Source: an uncultured Planctomycetales bacterium (GTDB lineage Bacteria; Omnitrophota; Gorgyraeia; Zapsychrales; JAHFFX01). From it: DNA of 64,000 nucleotides. Made by a program: the position numbers and the translations under genes. The stretch is taken from NCBI GenBank assembly GCA_964464475.1, contig CAYXGG010000007.1:5305-69304 (forward strand), written 5' to 3'. This document shows, one piece after another, positions 27,883 to 37,160 of the stretch. The notes beneath the pieces are model-generated. The model searched no databases. It had not been told where the DNA came from and saw nothing but the letters and a program-made list of their open reading frames with translations. Within the stretch, counting starts at the first letter, position 1, and each line of letters begins with the position of its first letter.

Positions 27883-28605
27883 TTATTTCTTACCGGCTAA
27901 TACTTCTTCCATATTAAAAAGACCTTTGGATTTTTTGGCCAGAAATTTGGCGGCAACCAGTGATCCCGCGGCAAAAATATCTCGGGTTTTGGCGTGGTGA
28001 CGGATGGTGAACGTGTCCACCGCGCTTTCAAAAATGACATCGTGATCTCCGACTATTTCCCCTTCACGAATCGACTGAATGTCTTTGACTTTCTGGCGTG
28101 AAGCTGCTTCCGCAATTTCTGCCATGGTTTTGGCCGTACCCGATGGCGCGTCTTTTTTGTGAATATGATGGGCTTCGACGATCCGAATAGAGTATTGACC
28201 GGCAGTTTTACGGGCTGCTTCTCTGATTAAACCGAAGACCAAATTGACTCCAACGGACATGTTAGACGAAAAGACAATAGGAATTTTCTTAGCGGCTGAT
28301 TTGATTTGTAGGACTTGCGCGGTTGTAAGTCCGGTCGTCCCGATGATCATTCCTACTCCGAATTTCTGGCAGGCTTTCAAATGTTCTATGGTCGCTTCGG
28401 GAGAGGTGAACTCAATCAGCACCTGCGCTTTTTTAAGCTCGCTGCTGTCAGCCGACGTTCTGACGCCGAGAAATTGCTGTCCGACTTCGGGATGGCTATC
28501 GTGTTCAAGCAAGGTGACAATTTTGAATTGTTTGTCGATGGAGGCTAGATGGGAAATGCGTTGGCCCATTCTTCCGCGGGCTCCGCTGATGGCAAGTTTG
28601 ATCAT
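27883..28605 (-). CDS. dapB: 4-hydroxy-tetrahydrodipicolinate reductase
   Basis: 240 aa with the MIKLAISGARGRMG N-terminal Rossmann motif. DapB-typical length and motifs. Confidence 0.9.
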   Translation of the reverse strand: MIKLAISGARGRMGQRISHLASIDKQFKIVTLLEHDSHPEVGQQFLGVRTSADSSELKKAQVLIEFTSPEATIEHLKACQKFGVGMIIGTTGLTTAQVLQIKSAAKKIPIVFSSNMSVGVNLVFGLIREAARKTAGQYSIRIVEAHHIHKKDAPSGTAKTMAEIAEAASRQKVKDIQSIREGEIVGDHDVIFESAVDTFTIRHHAKTRDIFAAGSLVAAKFLAKKSKGLFNMEEVLAGKK

Positions 28606-29489
28606 CCTTTTCCTTTCAATAAACCGTAATCCTTGAGTGCTTTTTTCAGTTTGGTTAAATTATCGTCCGCCATTTCACAAAGTGGCAGCCGCAAGGTCCC
28701 TTCGCATAAGCCCATTAATCCTAAGGCTGTTTTGACTGGAATGGGATTGGTTTCTATAAACATGGCTTTCACCAAGGGTAATATTTGGTAATGCAACTTT
28801 TGAGTTTTTTCAATATCTCCTTTTTCCCAGGCTTTGACTAATTCGGCAACGTCTTTAGGGATGATGTTGGCAACGACCGAAATAATCCCCACCCCCCCAA
28901 TGGCTAGCAAGGGTAAGGTTAACGCGTCATCTCCGGAAAGGAGCGCGAAATTTTTGGGGCAAAGCAATTTGACCATGGCCATTTGTTCTAATGAACCAGA
29001 AGCCTCTTTAACTCCCACAATATTTTTGCAATCGTGGGCCAGTTTGGCCATCGTAGCTGGTTCAATGTTAATACCGGTCCGGCCTGCAATGTTGTAAAGG
29101 ATAATTGGAATCGATACGCTGTCCGCGATAGCCTTAAAATGAGCGTAGAGGCCTTTCTGGGTCGGTTTATTATAGTAAGGAGAAACAATGAGGGCTCCAT
29201 CCGCACCGGCGTCCGCCGCGTGTTTGGTCAAGGAAATGGCTTCTTCGGTTGAATTGGAGCCAGTTCCCGCGATGATGGGGACTCTTTTGTTGGCATATTT
29301 AATGCATAGCTCGATCACGCGTTCATGTTCTGCTGTGGAAAGCGTTGGTGATTCGCCGGTCGTCCCGCAAGGGACAATCCCACTCGTCCCGCTTTTAATT
29401 TGAAATTCCACGAGATTTTTGAGCGTTTTTTCGTCTACTCTGCCATCTTTGAACGGTGTGGCGATGGCTACGATCGAGCCTTTGAACAT
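28602..29489 (-). CDS. dapA: 4-hydroxy-tetrahydrodipicolinate synthase
   Basis: 295 aa with GSIVAIATPF...GTTGES and the Schiff-base Lys region, colinear with DapA. Confidence 0.9.
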   Translation of the reverse strand: MFKGSIVAIATPFKDGRVDEKTLKNLVEFQIKSGTSGIVPCGTTGESPTLSTAEHERVIELCIKYANKRVPIIAGTGSNSTEEAISLTKHAADAGADGALIVSPYYNKPTQKGLYAHFKAIADSVSIPIILYNIAGRTGINIEPATMAKLAHDCKNIVGVKEASGSLEQMAMVKLLCPKNFALLSGDDALTLPLLAIGGVGIISVVANIIPKDVAELVKAWEKGDIEKTQKLHYQILPLVKAMFIETNPIPVKTALGLMGLCEGTLRLPLCEMADDNLTKLKKALKDYGLLKGKG

Positions 29490-29510
29490 GCAGTCCTCCT
29501 CAGCATAAGA

Positions 29511-30335
29511 TTATTTGGCGATGTATTCCCCACGTGCGATAAATTTACCACTTCCCTTTAGCCAGACATTCATGATGCGACCTTCCAGGAGTTGAAAAGA
29601 AACTTCCAGAACTTCACCGCTTTTGGTACGTACATTCATTTTGGCTTTTTTGATGGTCTGAACGCCGGGGTTGGCTTTTAAGAAACCGACAATCCCTGCT
29701 GCTACACTTCCCGTGCCACAGGCTTTAGTTTCATCTTCAACGCCGCGCTCATAGGTCCGAACCGCAACGAGATTGTTGTTAATTTGCTCTACAAAATTGA
29801 CGTTTGTTCCTCGCGGCGCGAAACGTTCATGAAAACGAATCGTGCGGCCGATGGTTTCAACGTCAATCTTTTCCAGTTCATCGACAAAAACAATCGTGTG
29901 CGGTACACCCGTGTCAATGTAGCTCACGTCAAGTTTTTGATCATGAACTAAGATTGAGATGTTTGGCTCGTAACCTTTAGGGTCGCTGAGGCGCACGGTG
30001 GCTATTTCGTTTTTGGCTTCCCCTAAGACAATTCCCGCGAGCGTGTCTAAGCTAAAAGTTTTTTTACCAGGCTTTTTTTCTTTGGCGATGTAAACGGCCA
30101 GGCAGCGCGCGCCGTTACCGCACATTTCCGCTTCTGACCCGTCTGAGTTGATAATGCGCATGCGGTAATCGGCTTTGGGAGATTTGCCCAAAATGAGCAA
30201 GCCATCTGCGCCGATCCCATCGGTTCGGTCGCACATTTTAAGCGCGAGTTTTTTGGGATCAAGTTTGTGCAGGTCTTCAACAACGATAAAATCGTTGCCA
30301 GCTCCCACCATTTTGGTAAACGTTAAGTTTTTCAT
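29511..30335 (-). CDS. dapF: Diaminopimelate epimerase
   Basis: 274 aa with the FTKMVGAGNDFIVV N-terminus and catalytic Cys motifs (CGNGARC, CGTGS). Confidence 0.9.
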   Translation of the reverse strand: MKNLTFTKMVGAGNDFIVVEDLHKLDPKKLALKMCDRTDGIGADGLLILGKSPKADYRMRIINSDGSEAEMCGNGARCLAVYIAKEKKPGKKTFSLDTLAGIVLGEAKNEIATVRLSDPKGYEPNISILVHDQKLDVSYIDTGVPHTIVFVDELEKIDVETIGRTIRFHERFAPRGTNVNFVEQINNNLVAVRTYERGVEDETKACGTGSVAAGIVGFLKANPGVQTIKKAKMNVRTKSGEVLEVSFQLLEGRIMNVWLKGSGKFIARGEYIAK

Positions 30336-31588
30336 TGTAAGAATAGCGGGATTTTCTCTCCGCGCATTAAGTCTTGATACGTTTCACGTTCTTTGACAAC
30401 AAAATATTTGCTGCCACGGACCATCACTTCCGACACGCGAGGTCGGGCGTTATAGTTGCTGGACATGACATAGCCATAGGCACCCGCGCTCATGACGGCC
30501 AGTAAATCTCCTTTATGTGGAATCGGTAACTCCCGGTCATGGGCAAAGAAGTCCCCACTTTCACAAACCGGCCCAACAACATCAAATTTGTCCTGCCCGC
30601 TTACCTTTTTGTGAATCGGAACAATCTCATGGTAAGCGTCGTATAACGAAGGACGAATTAAATCATTCATGGCGCCATCCACGATAATAAATTTTTTGTA
30701 GCCGTTGTCTTTAATGTAAAGAACTTTGGTAACAAAAATACCAGCGTTGCCTACGATAAAACGTCCCGGCTCCATGATGATTTTCAAACCCGTGCCCTGC
30801 AGAATGGGTAAAACTGCGCTGGCGTATTCCTGCGCTGTTTGCGGTTTTTCATCTTTGTAAATGATACCCATCCCACCGCCAATGTCGAGATATTCTATAT
30901 GAATTCCATCTTTTTTCAAATCTTGAATAAACTCGACGACTTTTTGAATGGCTTTGACGAACGGGTCCCGCTCGGTCAGCTGTGAGCCGATGTGAATATG
31001 TAGACCGTTAATCTTGCAGTAAGGGTACTTCTTTTGATTTTTTAAGATGTCATGCGTCGATTTAAGATCAATCCCGAATTTCTTTTTGAGAGTTCCGGTA
31101 GTGATGAAGGCATGGGTGGCCGCTTCAACATCCGGGTTGATGCGCAGCGCTACTTGTGTTTTTTTGCGTAGGTTCTTCGCGACACGGTTGATTTCTTCAA
31201 GTTCGGGAACGGATTCGACGTTGAAAAACTGGATCCCTTTATTGATCGCGAACGCGATTTCTTCTTCGGTCTTGCCCACGGAAGCAAAGACGATTTTTTT
31301 GGGATTAGCTTTTAAATGTAAGGCTTTTTTTAATTCACCCTGCGAGACAATGTCAACGCCGGCTCCTTCGTTTAATAAGGTTTTGAGGACGGCCAGGTTT
31401 CCGTTGGCTTTCATCGCGAAGCAAATAAGCGGATTCACCGGCGCGAACGCTTTCTTGATCTTAAGGAAGTGATCGACCAGGGTGTGGTGGCTGTAAAGAT
31501 AAAACGGTGTACCGACTTTGTGCGCAATAGCGCTTACTTTGGTATCTTCGCAGTAAAGTTCGTCATTCTTAAAAATAAAATCATGCAT
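30332..31588 (-). CDS. lysA: Diaminopimelate decarboxylase
   Basis: 418 aa with the fold-III PLP decarboxylase PLP-Lys motif (CFAMKAN) and the C-terminal beta-sandwich domain. Confidence 0.9.
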   Translation of the reverse strand: MHDFIFKNDELYCEDTKVSAIAHKVGTPFYLYSHHTLVDHFLKIKKAFAPVNPLICFAMKANGNLAVLKTLLNEGAGVDIVSQGELKKALHLKANPKKIVFASVGKTEEEIAFAINKGIQFFNVESVPELEEINRVAKNLRKKTQVALRINPDVEAATHAFITTGTLKKKFGIDLKSTHDILKNQKKYPYCKINGLHIHIGSQLTERDPFVKAIQKVVEFIQDLKKDGIHIEYLDIGGGMGIIYKDEKPQTAQEYASAVLPILQGTGLKIIMEPGRFIVGNAGIFVTKVLYIKDNGYKKFIIVDGAMNDLIRPSLYDAYHEIVPIHKKVSGQDKFDVVGPVCESGDFFAHDRELPIPHKGDLLAVMSAGAYGYVMSSNYNARPRVSEVMVRGSKYFVVKERETYQDLMRGEKIPLFLQ

Positions 31589-31591
31589 GGC

Positions 31592-32944
31592 TCAGATTTT
31601 CTTCCTTATTTTACGAACTGATTTTTTGGAATTGACCGAATGCTGAGGGTTGATGATAGTTTTAACCACCGCCGGTGTCAATAAAGGATGAAATCTTTTT
31701 AATTCTTCCGGTTGCATCGCCAAAATATTTTTGTGTTGGGTTAGCTTGCATGTGATCAGCTGCCCAATGATCGTGTGAGCGTCTTTAAACGCAACGCCAT
31801 TTTTGACAAGAAAATCAGAAAGGTCCGTCGCGTAAAGGCACTCATCATCCAGTTGCTTGTTAATATTGTCTTCCTTGAAAGCAACGTTTTCTAATAAGGC
31901 GGCTAACACAGACAATTCGTTTTGAACGATGGTGATGGAGTCAAATAATGGTTCCTTGTCATGCTGCATGTCGCGGTTATACGTTAGCGGTAGGCCTTTC
32001 ATCATCACCAAAACATTGATGAGGTTGCCGTAGAGACGACCCGAATACCCTCGGATCAACTCAAGTACGTCCGGATTCTTTTTTTGCGGCATGAGTGAAC
32101 TCCCCGTGCAGAAGGAATCGTCGATATCAATAAAATCAAATTCTTTGCTGCTCCAGAGAATAAAATCTTCTGCGAAACGAGACAAATGAAGTCCAATTAA
32201 GCTTAAGGCGCTCAAGAAATCTAAAATAAAATCACGATCGCTGACCGTGTATAGCGAATTGGTAGTTGATGTGACGCGTAATTCATCAGAGAGAATAGAT
32301 TGAACGGCATTGTTATATTTTTGAGCATCAATGAACGTTCCCGCCAGAGCTCCCGATCCCATGTTCAAATGAATGGTTTTATAAACATGTTCTAAGCGCT
32401 GCTGATCGACTGCCAGCATGTGTTCGTAGGCCATCAGATAATCCAATAGACTTACCGGTATCGCGTGTTGCAAGTGCGTGTAGCCGGGAATGTAGATGCG
32501 AGAATTCTTTAAGGCCAAGGAAAAGAGATTTTTACGAGTCATCTCAATTAGCTGCTGAGTTTTGGTCAGTTCCTCCAGGCAAAAAAGCTTCATGTCAAAG
32601 ACGACCTGATCGTTACGAGAACGGCACGTATGCAATTTTGAGGCCACCTTCCCGACCGATTTGTCGAGCATTTGTTGGATTTGGGTGTGAATGTCTTCAC
32701 AGGCAGGGTCAACTTTGAACGTGCCATCACGCACGGATTGCAGGATGTTTTCTAATCCCTTTTGTAGTATTTTGTGCTCGGACGGTCTGAGCAGATTGGC
32801 TTTTTTTAGAATATCAATGTGCGTGAGCGACCCAATGCAGTCATATTCCGCCAGTTTGTAATCAAAGTGAATGGATTTGGTGAATTTTTCCACCAAAGGA
32901 TTTGTTTTTTTGGTGAAGCGTCCACCCCAGAGTTTGTTCATCAT
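31592..32944 (-). CDS. argH: Argininosuccinate lyase
   Basis: Start chosen at MMNKLWGGRF (cat at 32942-32944; GGAGAAA SD). The fumarase/ASL family signature GSSLMPQKKNPD is present. The tracked ORF starts 15 codons upstream. Confidence 0.9.
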   Translation of the reverse strand: MMNKLWGGRFTKKTNPLVEKFTKSIHFDYKLAEYDCIGSLTHIDILKKANLLRPSEHKILQKGLENILQSVRDGTFKVDPACEDIHTQIQQMLDKSVGKVASKLHTCRSRNDQVVFDMKLFCLEELTKTQQLIEMTRKNLFSLALKNSRIYIPGYTHLQHAIPVSLLDYLMAYEHMLAVDQQRLEHVYKTIHLNMGSGALAGTFIDAQKYNNAVQSILSDELRVTSTTNSLYTVSDRDFILDFLSALSLIGLHLSRFAEDFILWSSKEFDFIDIDDSFCTGSSLMPQKKNPDVLELIRGYSGRLYGNLINVLVMMKGLPLTYNRDMQHDKEPLFDSITIVQNELSVLAALLENVAFKEDNINKQLDDECLYATDLSDFLVKNGVAFKDAHTIIGQLITCKLTQHKNILAMQPEELKRFHPLLTPAVVKTIINPQHSVNSKKSVRKIRKKI

Positions 32945-32960
32945 TTTCTCCTGAAGTAAG

Positions 32961-33019
32961 GTCACAAGCCACCAGTCACAAAGACACAATTTGTGACCTG
33001 TGTCTTGTGACGGGTGTCC
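32961..33019. repeat. Composite palindromic element built from GTCACA / GACACA units (GTCACAAG...CTTGTGAC nested inverted repeats) in the argG-argH intergenic space
   Basis: The sequence is GTCACAAGCCACCAGTCACAAAGACACAATTTGTGACCTGTGTCTTGTGACGGGTGTCC. It shares the exact 13-mer TGTGTCTTGTGAC (as reverse complement GTCACAAGACACA) with the ispG-ispH intergenic element. Confidence 0.6.
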
Positions 33020-34183
33020 TTAATACGGCATGCCCCAAATTTTAATAAAACCTTCCGCCAATTTTTGGTCAAACTTATCCCCTTTGCCGTAAGTGGCGAG
33101 CTCTTCTTTATAGAGCGAAAAAGGAGATTTTCGTCCGGCAACGGTACAGTTGCCTTTATACAATTTTAACCGAATGGTCCCGGTGACACGCTGTTGGGTT
33201 GTTTCAATATAGGCGTCTAGTTGTTTTTTGAGAGGTGTTTCCCAAAGGCCAAAATAAATCAGATCCGCATATTTTAAAGAGATTCCTTGTTTGTAGTGCA
33301 TGGTTTCGCGATCTAAAACTAGCGCTTCTAGTTCTTGATGCGCGGTAAATAAGATGGTGCCGGAGGGGCACTCGTAAATCTCTCGGGATTTTATTCCTAC
33401 TAAACGGTTTTCGACCATGTCCACACGACCCACACCGTTTTTGCCCCCTAGCTCATTGAGGTATTTTAAAAGCGCCAGGCCATCATAAGCTTTGCCATTG
33501 ATTTTTCTAGGAACCCCTTTGTCAAAAGTGATATCAACGTAAGTGGGTTTACTTGGAGCCTTTTCGGGACTTACCGTCATTTGATACACGTCTTCCGGTG
33601 GTTCGACCCACGGGTCTTCTAGGATGCCCGCTTCAATACTCATGCCAAAAACATTCTTGTCGATGGAATAGGGTTTTTTCTTCGTGACTTCCATGGTGAT
33701 GCCATGTGACGCGAGATAATCAATTTCTTCTTCGCGGGTTTTAAACTCCCAGACGCGTACAGGCGCGATATTTTCAAGTTTAGGGTCTAGAATTTTGGCG
33801 GTGACTTCAAACCGGACTTGGTCGTTGCCTTTTCCCGTACAGCCATGAGCGATGGCGTCCGCTTTCTCTTTATGCGCGATGGCGACCTGGTGCTTGGCGA
33901 TGATCGGTCGTGATAGAGACGTAGCCATGAAATATTTGTGTTCGTAGACAGCCCCCGCTTTCAGCGCCGGGAATACATAATCATTCACAAATTCTTTCTT
34001 AAGATCCATGACATAAACTTTGCTGGCACCGGTTTTGAGGGCACGGGCTTTGATCGCGGCAAAATTTTCTTCTTGCCCCACGTCGCCCACAACGGCAATG
34101 ACGTCATAGCCGCGGTCTTTAAGCCACGGAATCGCGCAGGAAGTGTCTAGTCCACCTGAATAAGCCAACACAACTTTTTTCAT
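33020..34183 (-). CDS. argG: Argininosuccinate synthase
   Basis: 387 aa with the AYSGGLDTS PP-loop motif, colinear with ArgG. Confidence 0.95.
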   Translation of the reverse strand: MKKVVLAYSGGLDTSCAIPWLKDRGYDVIAVVGDVGQEENFAAIKARALKTGASKVYVMDLKKEFVNDYVFPALKAGAVYEHKYFMATSLSRPIIAKHQVAIAHKEKADAIAHGCTGKGNDQVRFEVTAKILDPKLENIAPVRVWEFKTREEEIDYLASHGITMEVTKKKPYSIDKNVFGMSIEAGILEDPWVEPPEDVYQMTVSPEKAPSKPTYVDITFDKGVPRKINGKAYDGLALLKYLNELGGKNGVGRVDMVENRLVGIKSREIYECPSGTILFTAHQELEALVLDRETMHYKQGISLKYADLIYFGLWETPLKKQLDAYIETTQQRVTGTIRLKLYKGNCTVAGRKSPFSLYKEELATYGKGDKFDQKLAEGFIKIWGMPY

Positions 34184-34201
34184 TTCATAAACTCCTATCC
34201 G

Positions 34202-35119
34202 TTATTTCAGAAGTTTTAACAAAACAGCTTTTTGTGAGTGCAAACGATTCTCCGCCTGGTCAAAAATAACTGAGTTCGGACCGTCAATAACCTCTTCGGT
34301 CACTTCCTGCCCGCGATGCGCAGGCAAACAGTGAAGAAAAATATGATTTTTGGCAGCGGACTTCATTAAATCTTTGTTGATTTGGTAACCGGCAAAATCT
34401 TTAAGGCGTTGCTTGGCTTCCGCCTCCTGCCCCATGCTGACAAACGTGTCCGCGTAAACAACCTGGGCTTCTTTGACGGCGTCTTTAGGATTGCGGGTGA
34501 GCACCAGTTTTGATCCGGTTTTCTTGGCGATGATCTGGGTATGGCGTATGATATCACTTTGCGGTTGATATTCATCCGGACAGGCAACTCGAATGTGGGC
34601 GCCACTTAAGGCGCACCCCAACATTAACGAATGACAGACGTTGTTGTTTCCATCGCCAACGTAAGTGACCGTGACGCCTTTGAGTTTTCCTAAATGCTCG
34701 TGGATCGTTAACAAATCAGCCAGCGCTTGGCAAGGATGCTGTAAATCGGATAGACCGTTAATAACCGGAACCTCCGCAAAGCGAGCGAGATCAATAACGT
34801 CTTGATGAAAATGAGTGCGTGCTACAATGCCATCCACGTATCGTGACAGGGTCCGGGCCACATCCGCGACGGATTCACGTGCCCCCAATTGGATTTCTTG
34901 AGGGCTTAAATAAACGCAATTGCCTCCGAGCTGGTTAATTCCGACTTCAAACGAAACTCGGGTTCGGTTCGATGGCTTGGTAAACAAAAGAGCGATGGTT
35001 TTGCCTTTTAATTCTTGGCGCTGGATCCCCTTGTTCTTTTTGAGTGCTTTAGCACTCGCCAAGACATCTTCCAACTCTTTGATGGACAAGTCTTCAATGT
35101 GAATTAAATCATTTTTCAT
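34202..35119 (-). CDS. argF: Ornithine carbamoyltransferase
   Basis: Start set at MKNDLIHIEDL (cat at 35117-35119, an ATGA overlap with the argD stop). It carries STRTR and HCLP motifs. The tracked ORF adds a 48-codon upstream extension that overlaps argD. Confidence 0.9.
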   Translation of the reverse strand: MKNDLIHIEDLSIKELEDVLASAKALKKNKGIQRQELKGKTIALLFTKPSNRTRVSFEVGINQLGGNCVYLSPQEIQLGARESVADVARTLSRYVDGIVARTHFHQDVIDLARFAEVPVINGLSDLQHPCQALADLLTIHEHLGKLKGVTVTYVGDGNNNVCHSLMLGCALSGAHIRVACPDEYQPQSDIIRHTQIIAKKTGSKLVLTRNPKDAVKEAQVVYADTFVSMGQEAEAKQRLKDFAGYQINKDLMKSAAKNHIFLHCLPAHRGQEVTEEVIDGPNSVIFDQAENRLHSQKAVLLKLLK

Positions 35120-36309
35120 TTTGGGGTATCCATAACTTTCCGTAGTGATTGTTCTAATATATAAATGGCCTTGTCGATTTGTTTTTTGGTGACGTTCAAA
35201 GCCGGCATCAAACGCAAGATGTTTCCTTGGGTGCAGTTGATGATTAACCCGCGGGCGTAACATTCATCAACGATGGGTTTGCCCTCGATGGAAAGTTGAA
35301 CGCCGAGCATGAGTCCTACTCCCCGGACGTCATTGATACAAGAGAATTTCGTTTTTAGCGCGGTACATTGTTGCAATAAATACGGTCCCATCTTTTTGAC
35401 ATTGGCAAGCATCTTATCTTTAATGATTGCCCGAAAAGCTCCTAAGCTCGCCTGACAAATGACCGGACTGCCGCCGAATGTAGAAGCGTGCATCCCGGGC
35501 TTGAAAATGGACGCTAATTCTTTTTTAACTACAAGGCAACCTATAGGAAATCCGCCTCCCAGCGATTTGGCTAGGATCATTAAATCCGGAGTAATACCGT
35601 AATAGTGGCAGGCGAACATCTCTCCTGTGCGTCCCATCCCGGTTTGAACCTCGTCAAAAATGAGGAGAATTTTTTGCTGATCGCAGATGTTCCGTATGGA
35701 TTTAAGATAATCGGTGTCCGCGACGTTGATGCCGCCCTCTCCTTGAATGGGTTCTAGAAGAATAGCGATGGTTTTATCGGTAATCGCATTCTTTAGAGCT
35801 GTCAGGTCATTAAAAGGAATTGTTTTAAAACCCGGCACCAAGGGCGCGAACCCTTCTTGATATTTCTTTTGTCCGGTGGCGGAAATCGCTCCCATTGTCC
35901 GACCATGGAAAGAGTTGGTCATGGTGATGATTTCATGCCGGGCACCTTGGCCATAGGCCCGAGAAAATTTGATTGCTGCTTCACAAGCTTCTGCGCCGCT
36001 ATTGCAAAAAAATACTTTACCGGGAAACGACCAATGGATGATTTCTTTGGCTAACTTGGCTTGAAATGGGTGGCGCAAATTGTTGGGGACAAAGATTAAT
36101 TTTCCTAGCTGATCCCGCACGGCCCCCATGACTTTAGGGTGACAATGCCCCACGTTATTCACGCCCCAGCCGGGAAAAAAATCCAAGAATTTTTTTCCAT
36201 CAATATCGGTTAAGGTCATGCCTTTGCCTTTAACAAAAATGCCCGGCATTCGCGTGTACGTCGAAAGGATGAAATCGTCGTACGCTTTTAGTATTTCTGG
36301 TTTTTTCAT
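35116..36309 (-). CDS. argD: Acetylornithine aminotransferase
   Basis: 397 aa class III aminotransferase with the DEVQTGMGRTG PLP-lysine region. Confidence 0.9.
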   Translation of the reverse strand: MKKPEILKAYDDFILSTYTRMPGIFVKGKGMTLTDIDGKKFLDFFPGWGVNNVGHCHPKVMGAVRDQLGKLIFVPNNLRHPFQAKLAKEIIHWSFPGKVFFCNSGAEACEAAIKFSRAYGQGARHEIITMTNSFHGRTMGAISATGQKKYQEGFAPLVPGFKTIPFNDLTALKNAITDKTIAILLEPIQGEGGINVADTDYLKSIRNICDQQKILLIFDEVQTGMGRTGEMFACHYYGITPDLMILAKSLGGGFPIGCLVVKKELASIFKPGMHASTFGGSPVICQASLGAFRAIIKDKMLANVKKMGPYLLQQCTALKTKFSCINDVRGVGLMLGVQLSIEGKPIVDECYARGLIINCTQGNILRLMPALNVTKKQIDKAIYILEQSLRKVMDTPK

Positions 36310-37160
36310 GCTTGGACGATTTGGGTTCCGACCCCTTGGTCCGTGAAGATCTCAAGGAGCAACGCGTGATGCAATCGCGCATCGACAATGTGGGTTTTCT
36401 TAACTCCACCATTGAGTGCTTCAATGCAGGAGTTAACTTTGGGAATCATTCCCCCCGAAATGACGTTTTTCTTGATGAGATTATGGACTTCATTCATGGT
36501 AAGACTCGAAATAAGCGATTGCGGGTCTTCGGGGTTACTAAGAACACCCATGACGTTAGTGAGTAAAACAAATTTTTCAGCTTCAAGCGATCCTGCAATG
36601 GCACTTGCTACTTCATCAGCGTTGACATTGTGGGGCTGCTTGGTTTTGCTTACCCCCATGGGAGAAATGACCGTGATGTTCCCCTTTTTTAAGTGTTGCT
36701 CTATGGCTTCCCGGTTGACGTCGGTAATCGTACCGACATAGCCCAAGTCTTTGGCGGCCTTTTTTTTCTCAACGTACACCAGGTTCTCTTGACCTTTCAT
36801 ACCCGTTACATCCCCTTTGAGGGCCTTAATTTCAGCGACAATTTGCTGGTTCAATTTTTCTAGTTCTTCCGCAACGATGTTGAGGGTCGGTTTGTCCGTG
36901 ACGCGAATACCGTCATGAAATTCGGATTTTAGTCCCGCGTCTTTAAGGCGCGAACTGATTTGGGGTCCTCCGCCATGCACCAAAATCGTGCGGATGCCCA
37001 CGTAACTTAAAAAGACTATGTCTTCCAGAACATTTTTCCGGATTTGAACGTTGTCCAGGATGCTGCCGCCGTATTTAATAACAAAGACCTTACGTCGAAA
37101 AGCATGGATGTAAGGAATGGCTTCAACCAGAATGCTGGCTTTTTTAATTATATCGTCCAT
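36306..37160 (-). CDS. argB: Acetylglutamate kinase
   Basis: 284 aa amino-acid kinase fold (VIKYGGS, VHGGGPQI). Confidence 0.9.
   Translation of the reverse strand: MDDIIKKASILVEAIPYIHAFRRKVFVIKYGGSILDNVQIRKNVLEDIVFLSYVGIRTILVHGGGPQISSRLKDAGLKSEFHDGIRVTDKPTLNIVAEELEKLNQQIVAEIKALKGDVTGMKGQENLVYVEKKKAAKDLGYVGTITDVNREAIEQHLKKGNITVISPMGVSKTKQPHNVNADEVASAIAGSLEAEKFVLLTNVMGVLSNPEDPQSLISSLTMNEVHNLIKKNVISGGMIPKVNSCIEALNGGVKKTHIVDARLHHALLLEIFTDQGVGTQIVQA

Noticed and set aside
32955-33020. Possible CRISPR repeat because of recurring GTCACA units
   Set aside because: The units are 6-8 bp, irregularly spaced and arranged as inverted rather than direct repeats, so this is not a repeat-spacer array.
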